Positions 46,301 through 61,300 of a stretch of 64,000 nucleotides of DNA are shown piece after piece. The notes under the pieces are model-generated. The model did no database searches. It worked only from the letters and a program-made list of their open reading frames with translations, and was not told the DNA's origin. Positions within the stretch are counted from its first letter, which is position 1. Each line of letters begins with the position of its first letter. The DNA lies in NCBI GenBank assembly GCA_000165345.1, contig CM000432.1, positions 640,001-704,000 of the forward strand. Direction: 5' to 3'. A program made the translations under genes and the position numbers.

Positions 46301-49300
46301 AAGAAATTTAATATAGGAATAATTGGTGCTAGTTGTACGCTTCCTACTGGAATTGATAACCTTTCTTCTTTCTGGGAGTCACTCATGCTAGGCAAATGCG
46401 GCGTCAATCTGATTCCTTATAGCAGATGGAACTGTGAATTAGAGAATGATAGCATTACAAAAAATATATCAACTATTTTAGGGTTAGAGCTCTTTGATAA
46501 TAATTTATTTGGAATATCTAACATAGAGGCTCGTACAATGGATCCACAGCAAAAACATCTTTTAAATTCAACATTTAATGCACTAGTTTCTTCAGGAAAT
46601 TCTATTGAATCAATAAAAAATACAGACACAGGAGTATTTGTTGGATTGTGCAATATTGATTGGTCTTTGTACCTATTAAACGAAAGATCATGTAATTCTG
46701 CGTACATCGGTACTGGGACTGCAAGTTCTATTGCTTCAAATAGACTTTCTTATTTTTATGGTATTAAAGGTCCTTCAATTACAATTGATACCGCATGTTC
46801 TTCATCTCTTGTTGCAATTGATGCTGCATTTAAAAACATTTCACTTGGAATATGTGAAATGGCAATAGTATCTGGTTCTCAATTAATAACAACTCCAAAT
46901 TTATTTTCTGTATTTTCTAGGGCAAATATGTTAAGTAAAGATGGCCTTTGTAAATCATTTGACGAATCTGCCGATGGTTTTGGCAGGGGTGAAGGTGTTG
47001 CAACAATTATTTTGAAAAAATTTAACTTTAAAAACGAATCTAACAGAGCAGTTTTAGGAATTTTGAAAGGTACAGCTGTTAATCAAGATGGTAGAACTGC
47101 ATCTCTTACTGCCCCAAGTAGTAAATCACAGTCTGACGTAATTTCTCATGCATTACTTAGATCAGAAGTTCAATTTAATGAAGTATCAATGATAGAGTCT
47201 CATGGTACCGGCACACAATTGGGTGATCCAATAGAAATAGATGCGATAAAAACGGTTTATCAACTATCATCAAAGAAATTAGTAATTGGAGCTCTAAAAA
47301 CAAATATTGGGCATTTAGAAGCTTCGGCAGGAATTGCAGGTTTAATTAAATTATTGTTATCATTAAGGAATGGAATTTCGCCACCTAATTTACACCTAAA
47401 AAATCTGAATAAATATATCAATGTTGATAACACTAATATTGTTTTTCCAAGTTCAAAAACTAGGCTTTCTATCTCAAGCGATGAATCTTTTATTGGAGGT
47501 GTTTCTTCATTTGGGTTCGGAGGAACGAACGCACATGCAATATTGGAAGTTAGTAGTGCAAATAAAATTCCAATGATAAATGATATGGCAATTGCAATAC
47601 TAAATGAAGAATTTGAAAATGAATACACAATGAATATTACTCATTTAACTCAACTCCGTGAGTTAATTGCTAATAACACAATTTTTGAATCTTATTTCAG
47701 ATATTGCACAATGATTATCCTACAGATTTTAAACATAAATTTTTACGAAATTATAATTGAAAATAATGAAAAGTTACTCAGAGCAGAAGAAATGTATATT
47801 TTATTATTTGCATTTTATTATTCGATATATCAAACTTTAAAATATTGCAAAATTGTTGTCGATACATTCATTTCTGATGAATTTGGTTCAATATTATTTG
47901 ATACTATTACAAACAAAATTAAATTACCAAATGCAATAGAACTTCTTAAAGAATATTGTAATAAGAAATTATATTCTATGAATTCAAATCTAAAAATTTA
48001 TTGTTTAAATGAAAAAGAGAATCATCCATTTAAACTAGAAGAGGTTAAATTTTTAAACGCTAGTGTTGTGATAATAAATCCATTCACATTTAATAATAAA
48101 CAAAAAAAACAATTGAGAAACATGTCAAAATTAATAATACATAATGAAAGCAATTATTTACAGTTCATTGAAAATGTGATAAATAACTTTGGAAAAATGA
48201 GTAAGGTTTCAAAAATCGAAAGATTTCCATTAAACAATTATATCCACCCACTTCTTGATTCAGATATTGATTCAAGTTATAATATAGAAATTTCAAAATT
48301 CTTCATAGAGAGATATTGTGATCCTTCTTATGAAAATGAAACTATTCATCAGGGATCTATTATTATCATTTCTTTATTATTTGAATCTTTAATATCCATT
48401 TTAAACAAAAAACATAACCTTTCTTTGGAATTTAAAATTGAATCTATTGAAGGAATATACGAGACTGCAAATAGAGTGAGAAAATTTGACAAATATTCAA
48501 AATTGAAACTAATGAAGAATAAAGATCATTTTATTTTATGTGCTTTCAATGGACTTCCACTCTCATCACTCTCAATAAAAGAGAGTCTTGAGAGAAAACC
48601 ACAAGTTTACATTCCAGAAATAGAATCTCCCAAATATAATGAATTTAAAAAAACAAAAATTCCCAAAAATATATTAAAGTTGATTAGTTCCATCGAAGTT
48701 CACGAATCTTCGATATACATTAAACTTAAACTTCCTTTCTTTAATTTATCGGTTGAGTCCATTTTTTGTATTCACCCAGCCATATTTACCTTGATGATAT
48801 ACTCATCTATGGAAATCTTAAGTAAAAAGATAGATCCATTAAAAATAACAATTGAGAAACTCTCAAACATTATTATCTCTGATGTTTTTGATATCGAGAA
48901 AATATGCTGTAATTCAAGATATACATTAGAATTAGTATGTAAGATTAATGAAGGAAAAAATATTAATATAAACTTATGGGTAGCAGACGATTATGGGATT
49001 CAACCAACAGAATTATTCTTACAATGTGATGTTATTTTTACCGAAAATAAAGTTAATATAATTAATTCATCAACTGGATTAGTTTGGAATACTATTTGGA
49101 AAGAAATCAAATATAATTTGATTTCTGAACAAAAACAAGGAAATAAATTAATAATTAACTTTAACAAAAATACTATTATTTCAAGGAAGGATTTAATGGT
49201 TAACGACATATTCATGAATTATTCACAATTTTTAGAAGATAATTTTGACTTAAAAGACATAAATAATATAATTGTTGATATGTGTATTCCAATTCCAAAT

Positions 49301-52300
49301 AATTGTCAAATGAAAGAAATAGACCAAAGTTATTTTGTAATATCAGAAAATTGGGAAATAGATTTTATTCAAACATTTAAAAAAATAATAAATAAAAACA
49401 ACAGAAATGAATCGATAAATATTTTCATTTTAGTCAATAATACTGTTAAAACTGTAGAAAATGATCAAATTAATATGAATATGACCTGGGTATGGGGGTT
49501 TATGAGATCTTTGAGAATGGAATTAAGTTCTAAAGTAAAAATTTTACTGATTGATATTGACATTAATCAACTTGAAGAGAAAAGTTGCCTAAATACTGAA
49601 CAATCGATCCAAGTAACTAATATTGTATCAAATGTTAAAAGTTTGGATGAAGATGGGGAATATGAATTTGTAATTAGAGAAAATAAAATATTTGTTCCTA
49701 GATTGAAACAGTATGAATTTGGAAATCATATTAGGGAGAAATCTCAGACTGATCTAGAAATTTGTAACATTATTACCGGTGGTCTAGGAGGAATTGGATT
49801 GGCTATTGCAGAGTGGTTAATAGAAGTTGTTGGAATGAAAAATATATTATTATTAAGTAGAAATCCACATATGTCAACAAAAAAATCTAAAAAATGGAAA
49901 CAATTAACAGAAAAAACCAAAGAAAATATATTGATTGAAAAGTGTGATATATCAAATAGTGCAGAAATTGTAACTATAATTGAAAAATACAGTAAAATAT
50001 ATAAAAAAATTGGCGTAATGCATATTGCTGGCTCTCTAATTGATTCGAATATTCATAATCTTACCGATAATATTGTTTCTGATGTTAACTTGCCTAAAAT
50101 TAGAGGAATTATTAATTTACATAATGCAACTTTAAACAAAAATTGCGAATATTTTATTGCATTTTCCTCCATAACTTCACTTATTGGAAATATTGGTCAA
50201 TCTGCATATGCTGCTGCAAACTCAGTATTAGATTCTATTATTGAATTTAGAAGGAAACTAGGTATGCCAGGAAATAGCTTACAATGGGGTGCTTGGGCTG
50301 AACAAGGAATGGCAGCAGAGAATGAATTACTGCAAAAAAATTTGGTTAATGTCGGTCTTTCATTAATAAATAATAATATAGCATTTGAAATTATTAAATA
50401 TATTATCTCTGATTCAAACAAATTCCCGTCAGTTTTAGCGATTCAACCTGCAAATTGGGATAAATTTATAGATAAAATTGGAATTAGGTATGGAATTCTC
50501 AAAGAAATAACATCAAACAAAATAAATCATGATAGAATTACTATTCTCAATTCAATATCTGCTGAGAACAGAATAGATTTTATTTCAAATAAAATTATTT
50601 CAATTTGTAGTGAAGTTCTTGGAATTGAAAATGATCTGAACTCTGAACAGTCTTTGATGGACTTTGGAATTGATTCTATTATGGCAGTTGAAATTAGAAA
50701 TTCTCTTTGCGATAATTTTGGAATTTCCCTTTCACACACTATATTATTTGATTATCCCACAATTTCAAGCCTTTCAACATATATTAATCAGAAATTCATG
50801 TCAAACTGTAAAATAGAAAAAAGTCAAGAGCAAATGAATTTAAAGGAAAATTTGTTTGATTACAATGTCGCCGTAATAGGTGCAGCTTGTCGTTTACCAA
50901 AAAATATTACTAATTTAAGTGGACTTTGGGAACTGTTAATGGAGTCTAATTGTAGTGTAGGAAAAATACCTTATAATAGGTGGGATAGTGGCTTATTTTT
51001 CTCTGAAAATATTAATTCTGGAAAAATGTATACTGAGTCTGCAAGTTTTATTGATGGAATCGAATTTTTCGATAATTCAGAATTTAAAATATCTTCAAGT
51101 GAAGTCTATTATATTGATCCTCAACAAAGAATAATTATGGAAACTGCATTATTGGCTATAAAAAGCTCCAATGTTAAATTAGAAACACTAGTAAATTCCT
51201 TAACAGGTGTTTTTATTGGTTGTTCTTCTAGTGATTGGACAATCTTGACCAATACAGCATCAGTTCCTCCTGGGCCTTACACAGGTACTGGAATTTCCTC
51301 ATCAATATTATCAAACAGAATTTCTTATATATTTGGATTCCAAGGACCTTCTTTTACAATTGATTCTGCTTGTTCGTCTTCTCTTGTGGCCTTAGATTCT
51401 GCATTTGAAAAATTTAAAAACAATAATATTCAATTTGCTATAGTAGGAGGAGTAAATCTTCTTCTTTCTCCTCAACCATTTTTGGCGTGTTGCGCTGCAA
51501 ATATGCTTTCTTTTGATGGTATTTGCAGAAGTTTTGATGAAAAAGCAAATGGATATGGAAGAGGAGAAGGATCTATTTCACTATTGTTAACATACCTATC
51601 TAAAGCAAAAGAAAATAATGAAAAAATACTTGGTATAATTAAATCCACATCTGTTAATCAAGATGGAAAAAGTGCTACTATTACTGCTCCTAATGGCCCC
51701 TCACAGCAATTTGTGATAAAACATGCAATCGAAAAAGCTAATTTATCTCCTTCAAATATAACTTATATTGAAACTCACGGAACTGGAACCAAACTAGGTG
51801 ATCCAATTGAGTATAATGCTATAAAATCTGTGTTTAATTTGGAAGATAATACATTCGATAATAATGTTTGTTTATTGAGATATTCTCCACTATATTTAGG
51901 TGCAATAAAAGCTAATATTGGACATTTGGAAGGTGCTGCTGGAATTGCAGGTTTAATCAAATTAATTTTAGTTCTGAATTACAAGGTTGCTGTTCCAATC
52001 CCAAATCTTAGAAAAGTTAATCCATTAATCGAGTTAAATAATTTTAATGCAATATTTCCCATGGATAAAAAACCAGTAAACATTAAGAATGACTCTAACA
52101 TTATTTATGGAGGGATTTCATCCTTTGGATTTGGAGGAACAAATGCTCATGTCATAATTGAGTGCAATTCAGATAATATAACGGAAAACAGTATTTTGTT
52201 CCGTTCAGAAAATTTCTCTTTAAGAAGAAAAAACTATGCTTGGTCAGATACTAAACATCCTTTAATCGACGAAAAAATATTGGAAAATATCGGTAATAAG

Positions 52301-55300
52301 AACTCAGAACTAAATGGAATTAAATTATTTAGAAATATTAATCATAAAATATTTAGTTCAGTAAAATTTGCACTTAAAGTCAATAATGATATAATAAACA
52401 TGCTTTCTGATCACGTAATTGATAACAAAATAATATGGCCTGCTGCTGCATTTATTGAAATGATTTTAGGAGTTGCAAGAAATATATATATTTGTAACAA
52501 TGAACAAATTTCATTTTCAAAAAGAATTTTAAAAACTAACATAAGAAATTTATTATTTGAACAACCATTAATATTAGAAAAAAATGAAGAAAATATATTA
52601 GTTTGTGATTTTGATTTGAGACTTAAAAGAATAAAAATATATTCTGAGTTAACATATGAAAGCAATAATGAGTTGATTTATGTATCATCTGAGATTGGAA
52701 ACACGGATAAAATAGAAATGATAAATGAAGGGTGTTTAATAAATGATCTAGAGATTTCAAAAGAAAAGGAACTAGATATTTCATTAATTTATAATAGATT
52801 AATGGAATTGGGAATTCAATACGGCAAAAAGTTCAAGACAATAAAGAAAGCATGGAAACTAAAATCAGAAAATGAAGCTTTAACAAAAATACAACTTAAT
52901 AGTGACGAATATATCATTAAATCAGATGATTTAAGTGCCCAAGAACCTTTTCTTTCTTTAACAGAGTTAGGGTTTGGAATTCATCCAGCTTTGCTAGATG
53001 GAGCATTACAATCATCCTTTATTTGCATTAGCGAAATAAAAAACGATTTGGAAAAAATTATTTGGGTTCCATTCTCGATATCTGAAATAGAATATTATAA
53101 TAATCAAGAACCAATATTAGAAGCATGGGTACATTGCAAAGTTTCACCCACAAATAACAAAAATGAAGTTATCTCAGATATAAAAATCTATTCAGTGAAT
53201 AAAGATCTGCTATTTAATATCAAAAATATTAGGTATAGAAGTACAATTGATATAAGTAATAAAATTATTAAAGATTCAAAAGAAAATAATCCAGAAAATA
53301 TCAAAAATTGTTGGGGATTAACTTGGAAAAAATCGAATAACATTTTAGATAAAATTGAAAAGAAAAGATGGATGATATATTTGGGTGATGAAATTGAAAA
53401 AAAGAGCAGCTTAAATAATTTATTTAAATATTATTGGAACAAAAATGACATTTTAGAAGAGTTATCTGATTTTTCTGGTGAAATCAACATTGCATTCGTA
53501 ATAAATTCTGGAATCAATAATAAATTACATAATCATGGCATTGAAATAGTAAATTGGCTTAAACATCTATTTGATATTAACTCTAAAGTTTCTCGCTCTT
53601 CTGTTATTTTATTTATAACAGAAAACACAATCCCTCATAATAATAATAATCATAAATTTATTGGATCAGATATTTGGGGTCTTGTGAGATCGGCTAGGTA
53701 TGAACTTGATAAATATTCTCTTAGATTGCTTGATTTAGACTGCTTTACAAAAGATTTAAGTGAAGATAATTTATCAAAAATATTTTCATGTATTTTAAGT
53801 TCCAACGAATCAGAATTCATTTTTAGAAACGGAGAGCTGCTATTTCCCCGTTTATCAAAAATTTCAATCCCAATAAACGGACCTTTAAATATTAGATTGG
53901 CTGAAAGAGGTGCATTAACAAATTTATTAACAGAGATGCAAACAAATATTCCATATATAAATTCAGATAAAAAATTGGATCTAATCGACTGCTTTGATAA
54001 ATTGGAGAATTATTCTGAAATGAAAAATGAGCCTATTTTAAAAGATAACGAGGTATTACTGAGAATATGTTCTGTAGGATTAAATTTCAGGGATGTATTG
54101 AATGTTATGGGCTTATATCCAGGTGACCCTGGCCCTCCTTGTTCTGACTGCTCAGGAATAGTAGTTTCTGTAGGTAAAGGCGTGAAGCATCTAAAATGTG
54201 GTGATGAGGTATACGCAATGGTCCCTGGGTGCTTAAATACATTCATAGTTGCAATTGGAGATACTTGTTGCTTGATGCCAAAAAATTGTGACTTTTCTTT
54301 ATCTTCATCAATACCAACAATTTATTCTACTGTTGATATTTGTTTGAGAAAAATTTATAATATTAAGAAAGGAGATCGCGTATTAATTCATGCAGCTTCA
54401 GGAGGAGTTGGATTGGTCGCAGTAAATTACTGTAATTCTATTGGTGCTAAGGTATTTGCAACCGTTGGGAATAGTAAAAAGGAGAAATATTTGAGACACC
54501 TGGGAGTAAAGAATATTTCGACCAGTAGAAATTCTGAATTGTTCAAATTAGAAATGGAATGCTTATTAAAAGGAGAAAAGCTAGATGTGGTGATAAATTG
54601 TCTATCTGGGAAATATATTGAATATAGCTTGGAGTTACTTTCAAACAATGGTATCTTTATTGAACTAGGGAAGATAAACATTTTATCAAAGAAAGATGTA
54701 TCCTTAATAAAACCTGGAATTAGGTACGAAATTGTAGCTCTTGACGACTTAATATTAAATGATCCCTCATGGTTTGGAACTGTCTTAGTTGATATTAAAA
54801 CAAGAATTGAAGAATGTAAAGAATCTGTTATACCCTTAATAGAATTCTCAATGGAGAACCATAAAGATTCAAATGATCTAATCGAAAAATCTGGATGTAT
54901 TTCTGGATTTAGATTTATGCAGAAGGCAAATCATATAGGTAAAGTAGTAATAAAAAACCCAACTCTTGATAATTCTTTATCTAGAAAAAATGGAGCCGTA
55001 ATAGTTATAGGAGGAAATGGATCTCTAGGGAAATTTACAACGAAATGGCTTTATTTTAATGGATTAAAAAATATAATTTTGTTATCTAGGAGTTCAAATA
55101 ATTATGCTTCAAATCTACCTGGTGTTAAACAAATTAGCTGTGATATTTCAAATATTAATTCTACTATTTCAGCGATAAATACTGTACTTGAAAATCCAGA
55201 AAGTAAACCAATTGTAGGTATAATTCATGCTGCAGGAGTATTAGACGATAGGAAATTATTTGAACATTCAAAAGAGTCATTTAAATGCGTATATAGTCCT

Positions 55301-58300
55301 AAAGTTCAAGGCTTATGGAATATTCATCAAATAACTCAATATCTCTATATTGAATTGGAATTTTTAATCGCCTACTCTTCAATTGCGAGTCTATTAGGTA
55401 ATATTGGACAAGCAAATTATTCTGCGGCAAACTCTTTCATAGACTCTTTTATGAGCTATAGATCAAGTCTTGGAATCAATAGTTTTAGCATTCAGTGGGG
55501 TCCTTGGCTAGGAGAAGGAATGGCATCAAACAATTTAAGTTTGAAATTTGAGTCTACAGGATTAATTGGAGTAGATAAATTAACTGCGATGCAAGCGTTA
55601 AATACGATTATAAAATCAAAAAAAAAATCAATTCCAAATGTGATTTGTGTAGTAGATGCTGATTGGGGAAAATTAGTTTCTAATATTCCTCCCAAAACTT
55701 CTAATATCTTTACAGATATAATTAATAAAAAAATCATAGAAAAAGATTACAATAAGTCGAAAATTATGGAATTATTGGAAAAAAAGAGTTCGGTCGAAAT
55801 GGAAGATTATATAATTAATTTACTAAGGGATATTATTAAAACAGTTGTCACTGACGATAAAATAGATATTAATGATTCCAAATTACTAGAAAAACCACTT
55901 CACGAGTTTGGGATAGATTCACTTTCTGCTGTTGAGTTCAGAAATATTTTATCTAAACATACTGGAATATTACTTCCGACTACATTGATGTTCGATTATC
56001 CAACGATAATAAACATAAAAGATTATATTCTGAGTGAAATGGAGGACATTAGACTTGGAGACAAATCATGCGATCCTTTAGTTACTGATATTAAGAAAGA
56101 TCGAATATTAGATATTGCTATTATTGGCTTGTCTTGCAAATTACCTGGATCAACTGAAGATATTGAATCATTTTGGGAGATATTAACTGGTGGTATTAAT
56201 TGTGTTTCTAATGTACCTGTAGTTAGATGGGATCATAAAAAATATTTTAGTTTAAATCTAGAAAATTTTGGTCCATATTATTATGCAAATTATGGCTCAT
56301 TCATTGACAATATTGATATATTTGATGCACATTATTTTGGAATTTCCCCTTCAGAAGCAACAATTATTGACCCTCAACAAAGACTTTCCCTTATGCTTGC
56401 AGTACAATCAATTGAGGATGCAAAATTAAACTTGTCAAAATTGAAAGGAACAAAAACTGGTGTCTATGTTGGATGTGGAAATAGTGATTGGGCATTAATG
56501 CAAGGAAATCAAATATCTGAATCAGAATATATTTCACCTTATACTGGTACTAGTGTTGCGCTTTCACTTATTTCTAATAGGATTTCTTATAATTTAGGCC
56601 TGAATGGACCTTCTATGACAGTTGATACTGCATGTTCATCATCTCTTGTTGCACTGGACATAGCTGTACAAAATCTTAGATGGAAAAAATCTGATATTTC
56701 CATTGTAATTGGAGTAAATTTATTAATTTCTCCCCAAGCATATATTGTATTTTCCAAGTCAAAGATGCTATCTATAACGGGAAGTTGTAAAACTTTTGAC
56801 AAAGATGCTGATGGATATGTAAGAGGGGAAGGATGTTGTTCAATGGTACTTTGTAGATTTGATGAAAGAGAAAATGTAGATTTTGATAAAAAAACTTTAA
56901 AAGCTGAACAGAATATTATTATCTATGGTTTTATTAAAGGTTCAGCAGTAAATCAAGATGGAAGAAGTGCTTCTTTAACAGCTCCAAATGGTCCTGCGCA
57001 ACAGAAAGTAATAAAATCTGCTATTGAAGATTCGTACATAAAGTTAGATGAAATTTCAATTATTGAAGCCCATGGAACAGGAACACAGTTAGGGGACCCT
57101 ATTGAGTTTGGAGCAATAAAAAATGTTTTCAATTCCAGAAATAGGGGTCCAATTTATATTACAGCGTTGAAAACAAATATTGGACATTTAGAGGGAGCAT
57201 CAGGAATCGCAGGAGTTATAAAGATGATATTGATGCTTAATCATTCAATCGTTCCAAAAAACCTTCATTTTAAAACATTAAACCCATTGATTGACAATTC
57301 TAATTTTAATGCAATAATCCCAGATAGAAAATTAAAAGTTTCAGCTAACATAGGGGGAGTTTCATCGTTTGGATTTGGTGGAACAAATGCTCACGTAATA
57401 ATTGAAAAAAATATCTCAAAAATTCCTCTTGAAAATCAAAACTATTCAATAATCGAAAATACTAATAAGGAAGTTTCAAATAAGATAGCATTTATATTTA
57501 CTGGCCAAGGAAGCCAGTTCGAGAATATGGGTCAAGAGCTTTTTGAAAATGAACCTATATTTAGAAAATCAATGTTAGAATGCGCAAAGCATGCCAATGA
57601 ATATTTACCAGAATCTTTAATTGAAATTTTATACCCAGAAATTTCAACACCAAGGACTAAAGCTGGATCGAAAGATGCTGGTTTTTATGATATTAATGAT
57701 ATTTTGTATTCTCAGGTTGCAATTTTTTCAGTAGAGTATTCTCTTACAAAGTTATTAGAGAGCAAAGGAATAATTCCAGATTTAGTAATTGGGCATTCCT
57801 TAGGCGAATACTGCGCTGCAGTTATTGTAGGTGCAATTGAACTAAACCAAGCATTAAAAATGATAATAAATAGATCAAAAATATTGGAGAAATCAAATAT
57901 TAGTGATGGAGGAATGCTTGCATTGAGAAAATCTGCGAGTAGTATTGCAGAAATCCTTAAAGAGTTTGATGAAAATAATGTATCATTGGCTGCAGTTAAT
58001 GGGCCAAATAGTGTTGTGATTTCCGGAAGAAAATATATATTAAAGTCAATATTAGAAAGATTAGGTGGTAGTGGAAAGTTTCTTAATATAGATAATGCAT
58101 TCCATTCATCCCTAATGCAAGATGCATCAAATAAATACAAAGATTTCATTGAAGAAGAAATAGTTTTTTGTAATGAAAATAAAAAGAAAATAAAGTTTAT
58201 TTCTACATTGAAAGGAAGACTTATAAATTATTCTGAATTGATGAGTTCTGATTATTGGTCTAACCACATAGTTTGTCCTGTATTGTTTTATGACGCAATA

Positions 58301-61300
58301 AATCATGCACTAAACAAGTTTGATTGTACAATATTGTTGGAGATCGGACCTCAACCAATTCTTACAAAATTATCAATACAATGTATTCCAAGGGAACTTA
58401 AAACAAAAATTAAGAGCTTTTGCGCAATGCTTGGAAAGCCTTCAACAGAAATTGAGCATTTTAAATTAGTTACACATCAAATTAATCAAATATTTTCCCC
58501 GTACATGAATACCATTAGAGGAAACTCAGAAGTAAGCAATAAAAATATTTTCAATAATTTAAGACGTTTTCCATGGATAAACATCAATTCACATCCTTTA
58601 GTTAAATTGGAGACTGATAGAAAAATTTTGTTAAAAAATTTAAACAAAATGTTTGATATCTCAAAAGAAGGGGCGATAATTGAGTTAGTTAATGGAGGAA
58701 TTAGGGAAATTTTTAAGAATGAAATATTTAACTCTATGAAAATGGGTAGATATTATCAATGCGAAATTGTTTTAGAGAACCTGTCTTTTAATATAATAGA
58801 AGGTAATCAAGAAGGTTGGTTAGAAGTCGAGAAGAAAGATATTAATGGTTTTACAATAAATATTTGTTCACAAAATAATTTGACTTATACTTTATATGCG
58901 AAAATAATATTTAGGGAAGATGCAGAAATAGAGCTCCAAGAAATAAACATTGAAAATTCGGTTATTTCCATTGAGAAGTTCATTTCTATTGGTTTGAAAG
59001 AAAATATATTATTTCAGAAAATCATGAATTCGATACAAGAGTTAACTATTAAATTAGAATCCAAAATATCTTTCGCAAAAAATACTCAAAAAAACTCTAT
59101 CTGTTTAATTCTCACTACGGACGACTATTTTAAGTCACTATCAAAATCATTTAGTGGTTTTAGCATACATCCATTCTTATTACAATTATTGTTTGATTTT
59201 ATTAAACTTTACAATATTGAGGAAATAATTAAAGGAAACAGCGAAATTAATTTTTATGAAACAATTATCAGAGAATTGTTAGATTCTTCTATTTCTCAGA
59301 AGTATCTAGTTTTTGAAGTTAACAATAATTCTGCAATAATTAAGGATAAATTTGGAAAAATATTGTTCAAAACTAGTTATTCTTTAGTTTATCTAAATTC
59401 CAAGAACACTGGAAGTGTTGAATACGAAATAGAACAGTTTTCAAATTTAAATAATTTAGATAATTTATTTTGGAATACAGAAAATCAAAAAATATTCGAG
59501 GTTGAAATGGGTATAGACGAAATTGAAGAGGACGAATATAAATGTAAAAGAATATTAATTATAGGATCTAACGATTTGGAAGATAATCTTGAAACCAAAG
59601 AAGAGACTTACTACAATGTTAGATCAGAATTTGAATTAATTAAAAATATTAAATTAAAAAATTGGGAAAAAATTATTTTTGTTATTGATAATTTCAATGT
59701 AAGCGAAATTGAGTTAATGCATTATGCAGTTATTACATGCAAAGAATGCGAATCTGATTCTAATGTGTGGTTTATTAAAATTAATCAATCGAACGACAAT
59801 TCCCTGGAGTCATATAATAAAGGAAGAGGTATTTTGGGTTTATGTAAAACTGCAAGGATTGAGTTAAGAAAGATGATTAATTACATTTCAATAGAGAAAT
59901 TTGAAGACTTGAATACTAATGCTAAATTAATTTGCAATTTAGTTAGTCTTTTATCAAAAAATAAATCAATTCCCGAGGATATTTTTGTAAATCTATATCG
60001 AAAAAAAATTCAAGTTTATACAAAAATCATAAAAGCCCAGTATTCAATTCAAATGAAAAACAATGAATTAAATAGGGATAACGAATTAATCAATGGTATT
60101 GTATTAATTAGTGGAGGTACTGGCGCGCTTGGACTTATCATTGCAGAATGGTTAATTAAATGCAAAAATATAAGAAATATTATATTACTTTCTAGGTCGG
60201 GGTTACCTTCCAAACGGTGTGAATCGATATGGGAGAGGATATTAATTTTAGATTCTAATATTCGAATTATAAAGTGCGACGTTGCAAATTATGATTCAGT
60301 GTTTTCAACATTAAAATATATCATCTCTCAAGCGATGGAATCGAACTCTAAAATTGTTGGATTAATCCATGCATCTGGGGTTTTGAATGATTCATTAATA
60401 AAAAATCATTCAATAGAGAATTTGGAGAATGTTTTTAGACCTAAAGTTTTTGGAGCAATTAATTTACATTATGCAATAAAGAACATGCTTCCATACAAGC
60501 TAAGGTTCTTTATTGGTTTTTCTTCTATTTCTTCATTATTTGGTAGTTTTGGGCAATATAGCTATTCTTCAGCAAATTCATACCTTGATTCATTGATTAA
60601 TTATCGAAGAAAGTTCAAGGAATCTAGTATTTTAGATCTAAGCATACAATGGGGACCATGGGCAGAACAAGGAATGGCAGCAGATTTATTTCAACATCAT
60701 TCATCATCAGGTATAAAACCAATTTATAATTCAGAAGGCTTAAAATGTTTGTCATCGATCTTTGATATAATTGAAGGTAGAATCGAAGATATCATCCTAC
60801 CCTCTGAAATCGCAATAGCAAATATTAATTGGAGCGAGTTCTTAACTATTTTTGAAGGCAACCCACCAATCATTTTTAGTGAAATTAGTAGCAAATTTTT
60901 AAACAATGGATCAAAACTTGAGAGCGGTTCAAAAATTAAGGATAAATTTGAAGGAATTACTGACATTCGAAGGCATATAGAGGAAGTTTTATTAATTATT
61001 GCATATGAAATATTTGGAATGGAGAAAAATAACTGTGATTTAACAGAAGTTGATTCTTTAATGGCAGTTGAGTTTAGAAATTCTATATCTAAAAATTTTG
61101 GAATAAAATTGCCAATATCTTTAATGCTTGATAATCCAACTTTAGATGAAGTCATTTCATATTTAGAAGGAGAGGTTAGGAAGGAGTTGTTTGGATCAAG
61201 TACAGAAGAATTGGTTTCTTCTAAGTCTAGGAGATGGGAAGAAATCAGACAAGATATTAATTTAGATGGAAAGATTTCTTTGTTATCAAATCCTTCCGAT

